From Pocillopora damicornis (Eukaryota), in the NCBI RefSeq assembly GCF_003704095.1, contig NW_020847331.1, positions 62,001 through 126,000 on the forward strand: DNA of 64,000 nt. Direction: 5' to 3'. Positions 49,801 to 63,525 of the stretch are shown here, piece by piece (positions within the stretch are counted from its first letter, which is position 1; each line of letters starts with the position of its first letter). The position numbers were made by a program, and so were the translations under genes. The notes below the pieces were generated by a model. That model saw only the letters and a program-made list of their open reading frames with translations, did no database searches and was not told where the DNA came from.

Positions 49801-51694
49801 ATCAGTGAGTGCCAAAGAATCAATACGTCAAAACAAGTTTGCCCCTTTCTTGAGGAAAATGCGCCATTAGAGTACCAGATTTATTCTGAATATACACTGA
49901 GAACAAACTGTTGTAGTAAGCTTAGATCGTCACCTTCGATGAAAAGTATGGAAATTGTGGATGAACTTGAAAATCGACGTTACAGTTTCTTTTCGAAGAC
50001 ACTCTATACTGTGTTCTTCACCTCAAGTAACAGAATAAAAATAAGTTGAGTAATAACTCCAGTATGGTGTCAAAGCTTAATGAATAAAATCCGACTGAAG
50101 TGGTATTAGTTAGGATGGGCAAAAAGGTTAAGATTTAATTTCTTTGCAGTTTCAATATCTTGAAATAGATTGTGGCGAGTAAGGACATCATTATGACATC
50201 AACATTGCACGAAAGCCAAAAAAAGGAAACTTGGTAACTAGACGAAAAAGAGTCTGTTCAATGGGGACATGTAAGGTCATCAGAAAATGAATTACGAAGT
50301 TTAGAGAAAGTTAGTTTTCGTTTCATAAAAGTAAACAGTTTTGGTGCCTTCAAATATACTTTAAGTGCAATATAATAACCAACAGTGGCCACTCACACGC
50401 ATTTCAAGTGGGCCAGATTTCATTTCTAGTGCTCAATTTAATAGCAATGTTTACCGTTTTTGCACGCTTAAAATTCTCATCATATTCTCTGAAGATGCCT
50501 ATAACCAAGTAAATCTTACAAATATTGGGTGTTAGTTTTGTGTAGCAATATTTTTAGACCCATGGGTAGATAATGACCTCCACTTCGCTGATTTCAGGAA
50601 ATCAAAGCTTTAAATCGCAGCTCTCAACGAATAAAGGAACAATGCAGGTAATTTCTCTCAATTGACATCTGAAGGATTACTCTCCCACTGTTAACTACAA
50701 ACTGAGCACATTAACGTGAATGACAAAGGCTCAATTGTGTTCCTTCTGGGAGGCAAAAAGAAGCATGATTCAGCATTTCAAAAACTAGCGCCTAAACAAG
50801 GTCATCGCCCTCTTTCTGAAACTTCGCACAATATATGAACAGTTATTGACCATGTTCATGATAACGCTGTCTGCTAACATTCTACAGAGGCCCTTCCATG
50901 AAAACATCAATATCCCGCAGCATCTCTAAATAAGGAATTTGCTTCTGCCCCGCCTCTGCTACTGAGTAAGATACAGCATCTTTCAGAACTACACAGACCA
51001 TAAAGAACGTTATTCAATCGAAACACTTCGATGAAAGTACTCGTGTTCAATGTCTGAGTTGTTAATGCGAAGTTATACCAGAGAGTGGCAAGGATGCAAA
51101 GAATTGATCGAAAGGTTTTTTCCCTTAAGGCGATCCCACACACGGGCCTTGCATGTGTATCCAAATGTTAGATACAGTTTACACTAGAGTGTCAAAGGTG
51201 GGAATGCCGTACAAATATTATAGCTTCCAGAGGTTATTTTTAACCAAGTTACTACCAGAAGAAAGATTTTCACTCCCTCCCCACTCTTCGTATTTCATCG
51301 AAATTTCGAGACTGCTTGGAAGGCCCTTAAAGGCATTGCAGACGGGAAGCCGGGAGCCAACAAGAAACTTCAGAAAATAGTCCCTTCTTTTTATATTGGT
51401 TAATCGAGGTTGCACGATTCACTCCAACGAATATGCTTTATATAGTCTCAGATGTAACAAAAATGATGATTGGATATTTGTTTTCGCGACACTATATTAT
51501 TGTACAATGCCACCGGAATGTTTTTCAGTTTTATGTAATATATTCCTCAATAAAACGTGATAGTTTGACTATTTAAGGCTTGCACTTTTCTTAAAAGTGA
51601 CGTCTAAAGTAACTCTGTAATGATGGACACTTCCTTTCTCCATTTTTTCACGAGCACTATGTATCTTTCTTTAGGATATGTACTTAAACTATTC

Positions 51695-51743
51695 TATATA
51701 TATATATATGTGTGTGTGTGTGTATGTATATATATATATATAT
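51695..51743. repeat. Compound (TA)n(TG)n(TA)n microsatellite
   Basis: Seen directly in the sequence. Confidence 0.95.
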
Positions 51744-52083
51744 TTACAGTTGGTTCGGGCTGCAAGGCAAAACATGCACGATGAAACAGAAGTGTAACAA
51801 TATACAGAAAAAAAATTCAGGTTCCTGGAGTTTCAGAATGCCTGCAACAAGTAAACGCAGACATGTTCGTATCTTGGTTGATCACAGGTAATCGTACACA
51901 CCCAGAACGCTCACGTACTCGTTTCCACGTTGCTTTGCAACATTTGAAGTCTTACTCAGACAGCTGCATACTATTGCGTTATTCATTGTGATTGTCAGTT
52001 ACAAATCAACTTTCAGAACCATTAAGGGCAAAGTTGGACGATCTTTGATGGTAGAGTTGTGGAGTATTATTTCAAGGTCCGAT

Positions 52084-55000
52084 CTAAAAGTTAATCACCC
52101 CAAACAGAGTTGGCACCATCCTTAAGCTATTAAGTTGAGCTGTAAGTGACGCTCCGTAAGCTTTCACCGACCCAAGATCATCTTCTACTTTTTGCAATAA
52201 ATTCTAAAATACAAGAAATATAATTAAGATTATTATATGTCAATTGTTGACAGGCTTAATATAAATTTGTAGATATATATTTTTCGCACTGGTTTAAGTT
52301 AAAGACTGCTAATAAATACCTTAAGCTCCTCCATATCTTTGTTGAGTGTCATGTTCTCCTCCTGTGACATGAGGACCACTTTTCTAAGCTCTCTCAGTTC
52401 CAGTTCTCTGTCTGCAACGAATCACTTTCAATTACTTGAACAGACTCGAAGCAGAAGGAAAATTATGGGCGAAATAAAGATGAAAATACAAAAGTGGAGA
52501 GACAAAACAAGGCAAAAAGACAGGGAAGGAAATGCAAATAAAATAACAATGAAAAATGTAAAAAAGAGCGAATGAAACAATAAAATAAGCAGAGCAGAAG
52601 GAAAAAGAAATAAAAGAAAAAACAAATGAAAAGCGTCTACATGTAGGGTGGGGCAATATATATTCGTGATGCTCATTAACAAATGAGCGAGTCAGCGACA
52701 AAAAATGAACCACTGAACGAGTGGAAAAAAATTGAATAAATAAATAAAACGTGCAGTGAGGGAGATGCACAAATTTCATTGAACAGGAGCAATGGGAGGA
52801 AACAGAGAAAATCAGAAACGGAAAGTAAACTATCTATTTTAATCTCCCCAAGAAGCCCCTTTCTCTTCAAAGACTTCCTCTCTATTTAGTCACTTCCCCT
52901 CTTCCAAAATGCCACATTTACTATTGCAGTCACAGTTATCATTATTTTATGTAAGGTACTTTTATTATTTCATACACGTGATGGTCTACTACATTCAACG
53001 TGACTGAATATGCCACAACATAAACTGAAGAATACTCGAATGAACCTCCCCTCATACCCGGCCTACAAAGATGTTTGTCCTCCTGAGTTCATATACATGT
53101 ACTTACTTAAGTTTTGTTCCAAGAACTTTTCTGTAAACTGTGAGATAGACACCATTGATTCATCTGATATCAGTGATGTTCCTATAGTATCTGAGACAGT
53201 GTTACAAGGAGCCAGGTCAGGAGAGTCATTTGGAACTTTCTCTGTGCCGTTGGCATTTTGTTCAGCTTCACGTTCAAATTCGCCTGTAAGCATCAAAAGA
53301 TGCTGTTTTCCAAATAAGTGTTCCTTCTTGTTATGTAAGGAGCTGAAGAACTGGTTGCAAACTTTGCAGTACAATTCATTGGAATCATCTTCCTAAAGAG
53401 GCAAAAGACACAGAACATTCAGAAACAACTTTATTTTGTGAAAAAAGTGACTGTGTCCTCACCCTCAAAAGTGGTTACTGTGAAGAGTGCTTTTCACCAG
53501 CCCAATTTTGATGTTTCAAATTCGGCCAAATACAAAAGACATCATTACTGGGCTCTAGAGAATAACTCCACAAACTCCCTACTTCTTATGCAAAGACCTA
53601 CTGTTTTATGCTGAATTATAAAAACATAAAATTGGGCTATGGAGAATCATAAAACCAAAACAATGTAAGCCATCAAAACAAATCAAAAGACAAGGAAATT
53701 TGACAAGGAGTTGGATTATCACCTTAACTGCAGCTTTGCATAATTTACCCAAAGTGAAACTGTGACTGAAGTAAGCATGTAGGGGTGGAGTGAAGAGCAA
53801 ATGAAGGTCAAATTTCCCACCCCTTTTTGCCCCTGCACTCCCAAAATGTTACTCATGATTCCTTAACACCCTTTAAAGATTAAAAAAGCTATAAAAAGCT
53901 ATCATATAGAGGGTTGTGGAAACTGAAACTGTAACCAAAACCTGACTATAAGGGAGAAAGTCAAGTTTCTACCATTAAAGCCCTCTGGGATTCCACAATT
54001 AAACATGCACCAAAATGTTGTAAAGGTCACTTACCACTTGGTCACTTAACAACAAGCTAGACGGCACTTCTTCAGGGGTATCTACTCCTGAAATATGTGT
54101 ACAAAAAAACCATTATTAACATTTGAAAATCCAGAGCATAGCTTGTGAGTAGTACTGTACATAATTATGATATATTAACTTGCACAAGCCAGATTGCCAT
54201 AATTAAGCAGCAGTCTCTGTCTAAGTCAGATTTACAATATTCTTCCTTAATGATCACACATGAACCTTTGAAACTGAAGTTTGTACCCCTTAAATGCAGT
54301 CCCAAACATCAGAACCCACAATTTTATAAATGTTATTTTTTAAAAAAAAAAATTGAAAACTACCACACTGACTTCACATTAAAGTTTTCAATGGTAAATG
54401 TATGCAAAGTAAACAAAATCCTCAAAGTGTCCACTGGTTTACAAACATTAACATGTACATTATCATAAACACTGTCTGAGACAGATCTGGCAGTTAACAA
54501 ATAAATTAAGAACATGGCTTACCAACAATGGACTTGAGTTTCTTGGCACTTTGTCTTTTTATGAATGCCTGGTACTGTTCAGATTGTTGATAAATTTTAA
54601 GCTCTTCAATGTAACGTTTTTTATCTTCCTCAGCTTCATCCAAGTATTTCTGAACATTCCAAATAAATGAAACAAAAGCTTAAAACATGATGTTACTGAA
54701 TATGAAAAGAAACAGACAAACCCTAAGTTTCAGAAGTGAACAAATCTAACTAGGCAGCTCATGGTTTGAAATGTTTGTTTATGCCTAGTGCAACTTACTT
54801 TTTGAGAATAATTTTGTATCCATGACATATATATTTCTGACAGATCATTGATTAATGAGGTTTGTATGTGAAGTATTTTTGTGACCATTTTTCTTGACAC
54901 ATATATGTGCTGAGCAGTGAAAGTTTGCTGTCAAGCTCAAGGAAACTTGTGCTTTATTGTGCTTTACTTGAGAATACAAATGTACACGTACATGATTGTA

Positions 55001-58000
55001 CATCGACAAGTACATTATTGGGTGAAACATGAAGGGATTGAATCACTACAGTGCTCTGTCCATAGAGAAGGATGGAAAGAAGAGAAAATTTTTGTAATCA
55101 GATGCACTGATAATAGGGGATTTAGTCATAAACATGCAAAATAAAACATGTGACCCTCCATATGATTTTAGGGACAAAGGTGATAGCACACTCACAACAC
55201 GCTTCCACTTGAAAACAAAAGCTGGCTATTACATACTTGTTGAGCATGCTAGAGCACCCTTAAATTAGCACATGCTTTTGTTTCATATAACACACTACAA
55301 ACAATAAAGTATGCTCTGTTGAACTATGAAGCGCGAGTGAGCGAACAGGCAAAGCATGTTAACCTTCAAATACAAAAGGTAGCGTGTGAGCGGACACAGC
55401 ACATTAGCATGTACCATAGTATGCAGCCAACATGTTAACTGATCGTAAAGCTAGAGTGATCATTACACAGTCAATGTACTCTCATTCTTGCAGTAAAACT
55501 ACTAGCCAGGTCAATTAAACTAAAGCTTGTATCAGTGTTTTAAAATTATCAACTTCCTGATCAAAAAATTGCCATAACACGTAGCCATAAATAGCCTAAA
55601 CATTCATGTAAAAGCATAATTATTCCATCAGATGGCCTGAGCAATTTTAATGGGATGGTAAAAAAAACCAAAAGTGAGAAATTATGTCATTTTTCGATGA
55701 CCCTCTGTTTCTGAGAACACTAGGAAACTCAAGCAGATGATAGTAATGCACTTAGTCACATGTTCAGTCATGTGCTCTAAATTAAATTCAATCAACACCA
55801 TAAAAAATGACAAAAACCATCATAATCTTCAGAATTAGCACACATACCATAAAAATTTTGAATGAAAACACCATATGATAGATCTAAACTTAGCTGTAGA
55901 ACGCTTCACTTTGATCGTGTTACTATAGGTACATGAAGAAGATATCCCTTTGTAATAACTTTGAAGCAACCGCTTGCATTGTGTGAAGGAATGGTGTTGA
56001 TGTTGTACCTATAACGTGGATGTTTGGGAACTATACAGCGATGAAATTCATTTGACACACTCATTTGTGTAACAATATTTAAGCTTACCAATCACAATTG
56101 AGCACAATTGAAAAACATTTTAATGAACAAAAGCTGGCTATTACACGCTTGTTGAGCATGCTAGAGCACCATTAAATGAGCGTCATGCTATTTTTTCATA
56201 TAACACACTACAAACAATAAAGTATGCTCTGTTGAACTATGAAGCGTGAGTGAGCGAACAAGCAAAGCATGTTAACCTTCAAATACAAAAGGTAGCGTGT
56301 GAGCGGACACAGCACATTAGCATGTACCATAGTATGCAGCCAACATGTTAACTGATCGTAAAGCTAGAGTGATCATTACACCGTCAATGTACTCTCATTA
56401 TTGCAGTAAAACTACTAGCCAGGTCAATTAAACCAAAGCTTGTATCAGTGTTTTATAATTATCAACTTCCTGATCAAAAAATCACCATAACATGTAGCCA
56501 TAAATGTCCTAAACGTTCATGTAAAAGCATATTCCATCAGATGGCCTGAGCAATTTTAATGGGATGGTAAAAAAAACCAAAAGTGAGAAATTGTCATTTT
56601 TCAATGACTCTCTGTTTCTGAGAACACTAGGAAACTCAAGCAAATGATAGTAATGCACTTAGTCACATGCTCAGTCATGTGCTTTAAATTAAATTCAATC
56701 AACACCATAAACAAATGACAAAAACCATCATCTTCGGAATTAGCACACATACCATAAAAATTCTGAATGAAAACACCATATGATAGATCTAGACTTAGCA
56801 GTAGAACGCTTCACTTTGATCGTGTTACTATAGGTACACAAAGAAGATATCCCTTTGTAATAACTTTGAAGTGACCGCTTGCATTATGTGAAGGAATGGT
56901 GTTGATGTTGTACCTATAACGTGGATGTTTGAGAATTCATTTGACACACTCATTTGTGTACCAATATTTAAGCTTACCCATCACAATTGAGTACAATTGA
57001 AAAACATTTTAATGAACAAAAAAGGTATTAAGCTTCATTTCATTCACTTTGGTGTGTTATCCCGAGTCAACTGGCATGCTAAGCATGACATGGATCATGC
57101 TTAACCAAAACAAATACCAAGCGTGCTTACTTGGCCAAAACAAACATAGTGTGTCCTTCATTGTTTAAAAATATTGTATGTGTATATTGAACACTCTAAG
57201 TGCCTTGTGTTGGCATGTTGCAAGCTTGTGGTCACCTTTACCCCTGAAATCATATGGAGGGTCACATATTGTACTGTTCAATATATGATGATAGTGGGAA
57301 AATACTGCACAAAACACATAGGACAGGTACTGGCAGCTTACATCCTTGTGTTGGTTTTATGGCTTTTGTTTCACATACAGTTGCTGTAATGGTTGTGATA
57401 ACAAGTTTTTCTTTGATTTTTTTATCTACCAAATAATACCTGTTTCTCCTCTTGCAGAAGATTGCTCCACTCCAAACCAAGTATCTTTGTTATTTCTGAA
57501 AACTGTAGATGAGGATGTTGTTGTTTCACCTCAGCCCGTCGACTGTTGATAAACCTCACATACCTACACATCAATAACCAAAGCTAATTATTTTGAAAAG
57601 AACAAAATTCTCAGTAGAAAAGAAAAGAGCTGAACAGAAATAAAACTTTAAAATACTCAATTGGTGGGCAACATTTTTAATACGATTGTAATTGCAGTGC
57701 CAGGCTGTACAAATTTAAAGGTAAGTGATTTGGCAACATACAGTGTACTTTAAACACGGCTCTTTGCAAAAATAAGTAATGATAATAGGGGTAACTGGAT
57801 TCCTTTTTGTTATTCATTTTAATGTTTTATCTGACAAATAAGACCAGATGACCACTAAGTAGGAGTATGACTAAATTAAAAAAGACTTTTTAATCCCAAG
57901 ATTTTATGATGAAATCTTCCTTGCAATGGCTATACTTTTCCTGTCAAAGTAATAAAGGGAACTAGGTAAAGATAATTAAGACCTAAACTGACAAGTTTGT

Positions 58001-61000
58001 CTCTTTTCTGCACCTGTTAGTTAGATTAAAATACAATGCACATTCATTTACATTACAATTAATCTACTGAAATTGTGTGATGAAGCTACATGCTGATAAC
58101 TTCTCAGATTTAAAAGGTATAAATGGTGTATTTAAACATGCATGGCTAGCATCTCAAAGCTACATACACATAACTTTGTAATTTGTTGGTTGATCTTTAC
58201 ATCTTAACAAACAGAAACTCAATTATAACCTAAAAGAATACATACCCAGTAATTGGGGCTTTTGGCTTATTTAAATCACCAAATCCCTTCTTCCTTTTTT
58301 TACCTTTAGGCCAACCACCTTTTCTTTTCTTGGTTGGAAAAAAGAACAGAAAAGAACAGTTAACGTACAACTCAAGAAATATAATGGGCAGGAGGTTTGT
58401 TTGCTAAAAAAACTGTGCACAAGGTCTTGAGTATGGCCTGAGGCACTTAAGACCACAGGCACAGTTTTTTTTCATACTAACAGACCAGGACTGGTAACAA
58501 CATTAATTTAATTTTTTTCTGCTGGTTTGCTTTTTACCCCTTTGATGCAAATAGAATGGAAGAAAATTTTAGTCTTGTCCTTAAAATAGAAAGTTAGAAT
58601 GGTTACAAGTGCAGGATAATAGCCTATCAGATTCTAGGATTTAAGATTCCACCTCACTGAGATGCTTCAGGAAAATAAATACTTTGATTAGTTCTAATAA
58701 ACATGCATGGAATATATATTTGATGCAATCACAAACAGAATAATAGTAACTTGGAAAAATATCCAATAAAAAACTAGTTGTATTTTAAAGCAATGTATAC
58801 TGCATATTGCCAATTAACACTCTCCTAGGATAGTGTTAGTCAGGAAGTGAATTATGCATTTGAAAAGCTAATCAAGTTAACTCTATTTATGATTATGCAA
58901 GACAAAGCTTCTCTCACCTTAACCCCTGTGGGTGCAGTATTTGATGCTTCCTCTGCTAACACACTACCCTCTGGGAGAGAAGTGGAAGGTGGTAGCACAT
59001 TTATGGTTAGTTCATTAGGATCTGTGACATTTGATGAACTGGGAGTGACAGATGTAACATCATCTTCATTGTTTAAGTCAGTGTTTTGTTGAATTGAATC
59101 ACCTTGCTCAGGCTGCTGGACAGCAAACAACTGGCTTTCAGGAACTGTCACAACTGCTACTTGATTGTTAAGCACACCACCTTGAACAAGAAGAATCATT
59201 ACTGTGGTGCACTGTACCCTTTCAAGGAACAATGAATGGCTTACATTGTTTTGCCCACATAACAGCCAGGTTTGCATAAACTGCATCTCTTTTCAAGCAT
59301 GAACATTTCAAGTTTTTGACAGAACTCCCTGTGCTTTTAAACAAGAAGAGCACATGTATTGAAAGTGTTGTACCAACTTTTTAATATTTCAAACTGCATA
59401 CCATCAGCAAAAGGCAACTTCACATTTCTGGTAAATCCTTTCATGTTCATCAACTTTCAATCATCAGAGTTCTGAGAGCAATGAGGCAAACCAGCTTACC
59501 AGAGTGTAAAATTGGTTCATTAGTAAAACAAACCAGTTTTTCTACACAAACTTGATTGTAATATTGATCGTTATATTGTTATATTTGCCATTCATGGTAT
59601 CTTTAAAATAGCGGTATGTACAAGTACAGTGTTCATGTGCAAATTTAATACTAGATCAGTTGAAGTCTGGTGTTTACATTGTAGCAAGATATCCCAAGGT
59701 TGTAAATTTGTAGTTTTACTTCTGTCAACTGATGTTTTAAGTTTTAATGAAAACCCCCTTTGTAGACATCTCTCTAATATGAACCCCTCAGAGTTTCCTA
59801 CTATATCCCATCTAAATTTGGGCACAACATTTTCTTTTAAATAAACCTCTATAATATGCACCAAATGTTCCTAACAAAGAGAATAGGCACTAGATCACAG
59901 CCCAAGGGAGCAAACTGTGAAAAGTCTATTACAAATGCTAAAGTGATCAGGTGTTCATTGTTGGTGATTACAGTATGTGATAAAAATTCCTGTTTGTAGT
60001 TACACAAACATGAACTATTCTCTATTTAAACCACCAAGCCTTACAAAGGAAATTACAGTTACTGCAGTTAACAGTAGCCAATCAAAACAAAAACTATAAT
60101 AATTTATATTCAATGGAAAATTCAAAGTGTAATTGATTTGATGTCCATACAGTTAATACCAAGAACTTTTTCCAATAACAAATTAAAGTACAAACTTTTA
60201 GAATGCTGAAATGACTTCAATATATTAATTATTATAAATAGCTTTTAAAAATATTTTCATCTATTCATCATTTTCCTGTCTCACACTCTCTTGAAAGATG
60301 ATTTTCAACATTGAAATGCAGAATTAATTTTATTTTTAAGTTCATTGTGGTGTTGCTGTTTGTTTCTTCTTCTGAGACACCTTCTCAGTAATGTATATCA
60401 ATAAAGATGCATGTTTGTGTCCATTTTTCAAGTAAAAGTAGACACTATAAACAGTCAATGCAGTCGTAAAAATGATGTCCTTGCAGTGAACCTTGTTAAC
60501 TAGTCACCACTCTGGTATGGATAAATGTACATGTACATGTACTTCATTCTAGAAAGACACAACTGCCACAGTATTTAAAAATCAAAGAACAAAAATTGTG
60601 CAAGGTAAGTTCTACACTTACCTGGACAAGTGAGAGCTCCACTTGAACTTACAGCAAATGTTGCCACTCCGTTACCTGATATTGTAACACCCCTTGAATA
60701 AACAAAATAAAGGGCACTACATTAATTTATACCACAGGCAACTAACAAAGGCCACCTTTGTGCTTTTCTATTCAATAAACCACAACATGTACATAACGTG
60801 GTACTTAATAATTATGTTATAATTGTTTAAAACACAAATCAGATGTATACAGTGTGAAAACCATGCTCAAGTAAGTTTTTTTCCTGAGAGGTCAACATGA
60901 AATATAGTTTATAATCAAATATTAAATAACTTAAAGTAAGTTTCTAGAGAAATTTTGGTGATGCATCAGTGGAAGAGTATAACAGGGTAATACAGTGCTA

Positions 61001-62105
61001 TCAACTGAGTTGAAAACGTAAAGTGACCTTCATTAAGAGTTTAAAGGCTGGTGTTTCAAGTGTTAGCTCTTCATCAGAGCAATTGGAGGGATTGTGGGTT
61101 GTGTGTGGGTTTATATACAGAAAATGGAGTCAGTGGTTTATAGTCATAAGGAAAAAAAATTAAATTAGTTGAATGAAAAGCATCTGTCGATGCCATGGGG
61201 TTAAGAGTGCCAATTTTGGAAGATATCTTCAAAAAAAAAAACAACAGTTTAGCCTTTGCACTTTCACTTGTGCTTATAACCAACAACGTTCTTTTGAGAA
61301 AAAAGGTGCATAGTGCTTTTCATGTATGGCAAATGCTTTGCATTAAAAAGGAGAGCAAATCCCTAAAATTTTCTTCAGTTTTAATGTAACCCTTTGCCAC
61401 ATAAAGAATTAAGATCCTGTTTATGATTTTGTTGGTTTGTTTGTTTTTTAACAGTGCAAGTGGTTAGGTTTGGAAGTGACCTACAGAACACATGTAAGGG
61501 TTACTATGTATCCAAGTGAGTTCTCTCACACGGGCAAGTTAAAGCAGCCACTATCAGCAGCTCAGTACAGTACATTTTGTTAAGTTTTTCACCCAGTGTG
61601 TGCTACATGTATGATGGTTCACATGTACCAAAAGACTAGTATGCACACTTGGGATGCGAGATAGCAATGATTATGAACGACCTCTGAAGAAAACAGATAT
61701 TTATGGACTTAACCATACATTGTTCACGTCTGAAGTGATAGCAAGCATGGTATCTATCATTACTAATAAAAACTACACTGGCTTCATTACGTTTAGATAT
61801 TTAGAGCTCTACTAGAGAATCAGTCTCTAAAAAAGTTATTTGTAAATAACTAAAGAAATCAGTAGAAAGGGGTTTCTCTGCCGCGAATCTTTTGTCTTGT
61901 TGAGATCCACAACCAATTATGATTATTCTCTGTAAACTGAGGACACGTACCTTGACATATCTGGGTAATTTTGAGTCACAACAACCTCGGCAAAACAATT
62001 CACTGACGATGCAGCGGTTTCAAAGCTTGTCTTGTCTCCCTCAGATTCTTGGTTTGAAGAAAACGTTGGCATAAAGCTCAGCTCTGACACAGGAGAATTC
62101 TCCAT
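52084..62105 (-). CDS. HMG20: HMG20A/B-family HMG-box protein with inserted C2H2 finger and C-terminal coiled coil (~457 aa, 10 exons)
   Basis: Exons 62105-61951, 60692-60622, 59180-58918, 58328-58246, 57563-57440, 54649-54523, 54087-54035, 53392-53107, 52411-52320, 52203-52084, all GT-AG and in phase. [90 protein letters not shown] and FTEKFLEQNLNRELELRELRK match HMG20 hallmarks. Confidence 0.9.
55148..57267. mobile_element. Non-autonomous DNA transposon with imperfect terminal inverted repeats, in HMG20 intron
   Basis: The left end atgtgaccctccatatgattttagggacaaaggtga is the reverse complement of the right end tcacctttacccctgaaatcatatggagggtcacat. No transposase ORF is present. Confidence 0.75.
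55214..57021. repeat. Direct tandem repeat, 2 x ~910 bp, inside the TIR element
   Basis: aacaaaagctggctattaca...gttgagcatgctagagcacc occurs at ~55214 and ~56126, and the units are colinear throughout. Confidence 0.92.
60935..61265 (-). mobile_element. Penelope-like retroelement 3' remnant
   Basis: The minus strand has a decayed ORF end (atcttccaaaattggcactcttaaccccatggcatcgacagatgcttttcattcaactaa, roughly IFQIGTLNPHGIxxxFSFN*) followed by ctgatgaagagctaacacttgaaac and the same tail as the 31.3-kb palindrome. Confidence 0.6.
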
Positions 62106-62868
62106 TTTAAAATGGGTCCGATGGGTCCGCGCTTACTATAGTCAGTGGTATATGTACTTACGTTGTGTATGACTATTAAGACTGTCCGAAAAATAGCCAA
62201 CCGTCAGACTCATGCGAGTAGGGGGGCCATAAGCGCAACGAAACTTTATTTACTTACAAATCAGATCTCAAAAAAAATCAAAAAGAAAAAAGGCTACGAA
62301 AAGCTTTTGAAAAGAAAGCGCGACATTCGCCATTTTTTCTCCAAGCTATTTTCTTTTCGCTCCGTGTTTACTGATGCATAGAAGTCCAAAAATTTTGTCA
62401 CCTTTGATTTCATCTTAATTAATCTTAATTATCACTAAAAACCTCTTACTGTCTCGTTTTATGAGTGATAAAGTTGGAGAGTGACGAGTTTCATCCAGCA
62501 TGACCCTTTTTTTTTTCACTCTGTCGGTTTCAGAATTTCGGTTTTCTAAGGCTTTTATTGATACTGTTAATTCACCCCAGAGAATTATCAGCAACCCCTT
62601 GGACTTTTGTTATGTCGTCGTGTTTAATTTGCGAGGTGGATTCGTTGTTCAATTATTTTTCTCTCATATTAACAGCTAGTTTACTCCTGTGGGACACACC
62701 TTTTGTTGATCATGGTGCAAATTGCTAACACCATTAATCTTGTTTTCTTAGAGACCGCTTCTATTGTTTGCACCTTTTTTGTCACTAAGTAGAAAGGCAT
62801 AGTTTTATTTTGCGTCGGATAAACAATTGTGTCATTGGAACTTCTGCCATGAGCACAAGTTTAATTGA

Positions 62869-63525
62869 ATGATGCAGGAAAACAAACCGCCAAAGAAAAC
62901 AATACAACGAGGGAAGTTTTCAGTGTCAAGGTCTTTCTCCCGTAAGAACGGTGGCCACCAAAGCGAAACCTCGTCTCATGTGTCGAACTCATTACGTGAT
63001 CGATTTGCTCTGCCAGAGAAACATTCGGAGCAAGCGGATGAAACAACCAACAAAGCCACGATCGCTTTACCGAACCTTCCTTCCATATGTGAGTTTATAA
63101 TGTTCTCAAACAACCGGCCAACTACGCAACCTGCAAAGCAGTTGTGGCCGCTCACAAAACTTCCACCCATGTATGGTGGCAACACGAGACAACGAAACAC
63201 AGCTAATAATATGAGAGTCACAATTAACTCTGCCAATTATGGACTAACAGAGCATAAGAAAGCACTGGCAAACAAAGGACCTGTTACGTGCTCTAAAAAA
63301 GACATCCGCATGGAAATAAAGGGCAAATTGCCTGAAGACTACCGGAATCCCACGATCAAAGAGACCGAAAAAAGAATTTGGGATTGGTTAAGCGAATCAG
63401 AAGAACACCAACCGGCCTATATGCGGCGTGCATACACTTTTAGAAAAACTATGGAATCGAACCAGTCGGATGACACGCAACGTCAAATATTTCAACAAAA
63501 GTCGACCCTAGCACAAAAAAATTAA
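62869..63525 (+). CDS. Uncharacterised 218-aa basic protein, single coding exon
   Basis: A long ORF in otherwise stop-rich DNA. It is mostly low-complexity with one structured-looking motif (LPEDYRNPTIKETEKRIWDWLSESE) and lies head-to-head with the HMG20 gene. Confidence 0.6.
   Translation: MMQENKPPKKTIQRGKFSVSRSFSRKNGGHQSETSSHVSNSLRDRFALPEKHSEQADETTNKATIALPNLPSICEFIMFSNNRPTTQPAKQLWPLTKLPPMYGGNTRQRNTANNMRVTINSANYGLTEHKKALANKGPVTCSKKDIRMEIKGKLPEDYRNPTIKETEKRIWDWLSESEEHQPAYMRRAYTFRKTMESNQSDDTQRQIFQQKSTLAQKN

Noticed and set aside
49741-50049. 102-aa ORF with a hydrophobic start
   Set aside because: No recognisable domain, splice context or paralog support.
52339-52870. Hydrophobic and Lys-rich ORFs
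   Set aside because: They come from a purine/pyrimidine-biased low-complexity intron of HMG20.
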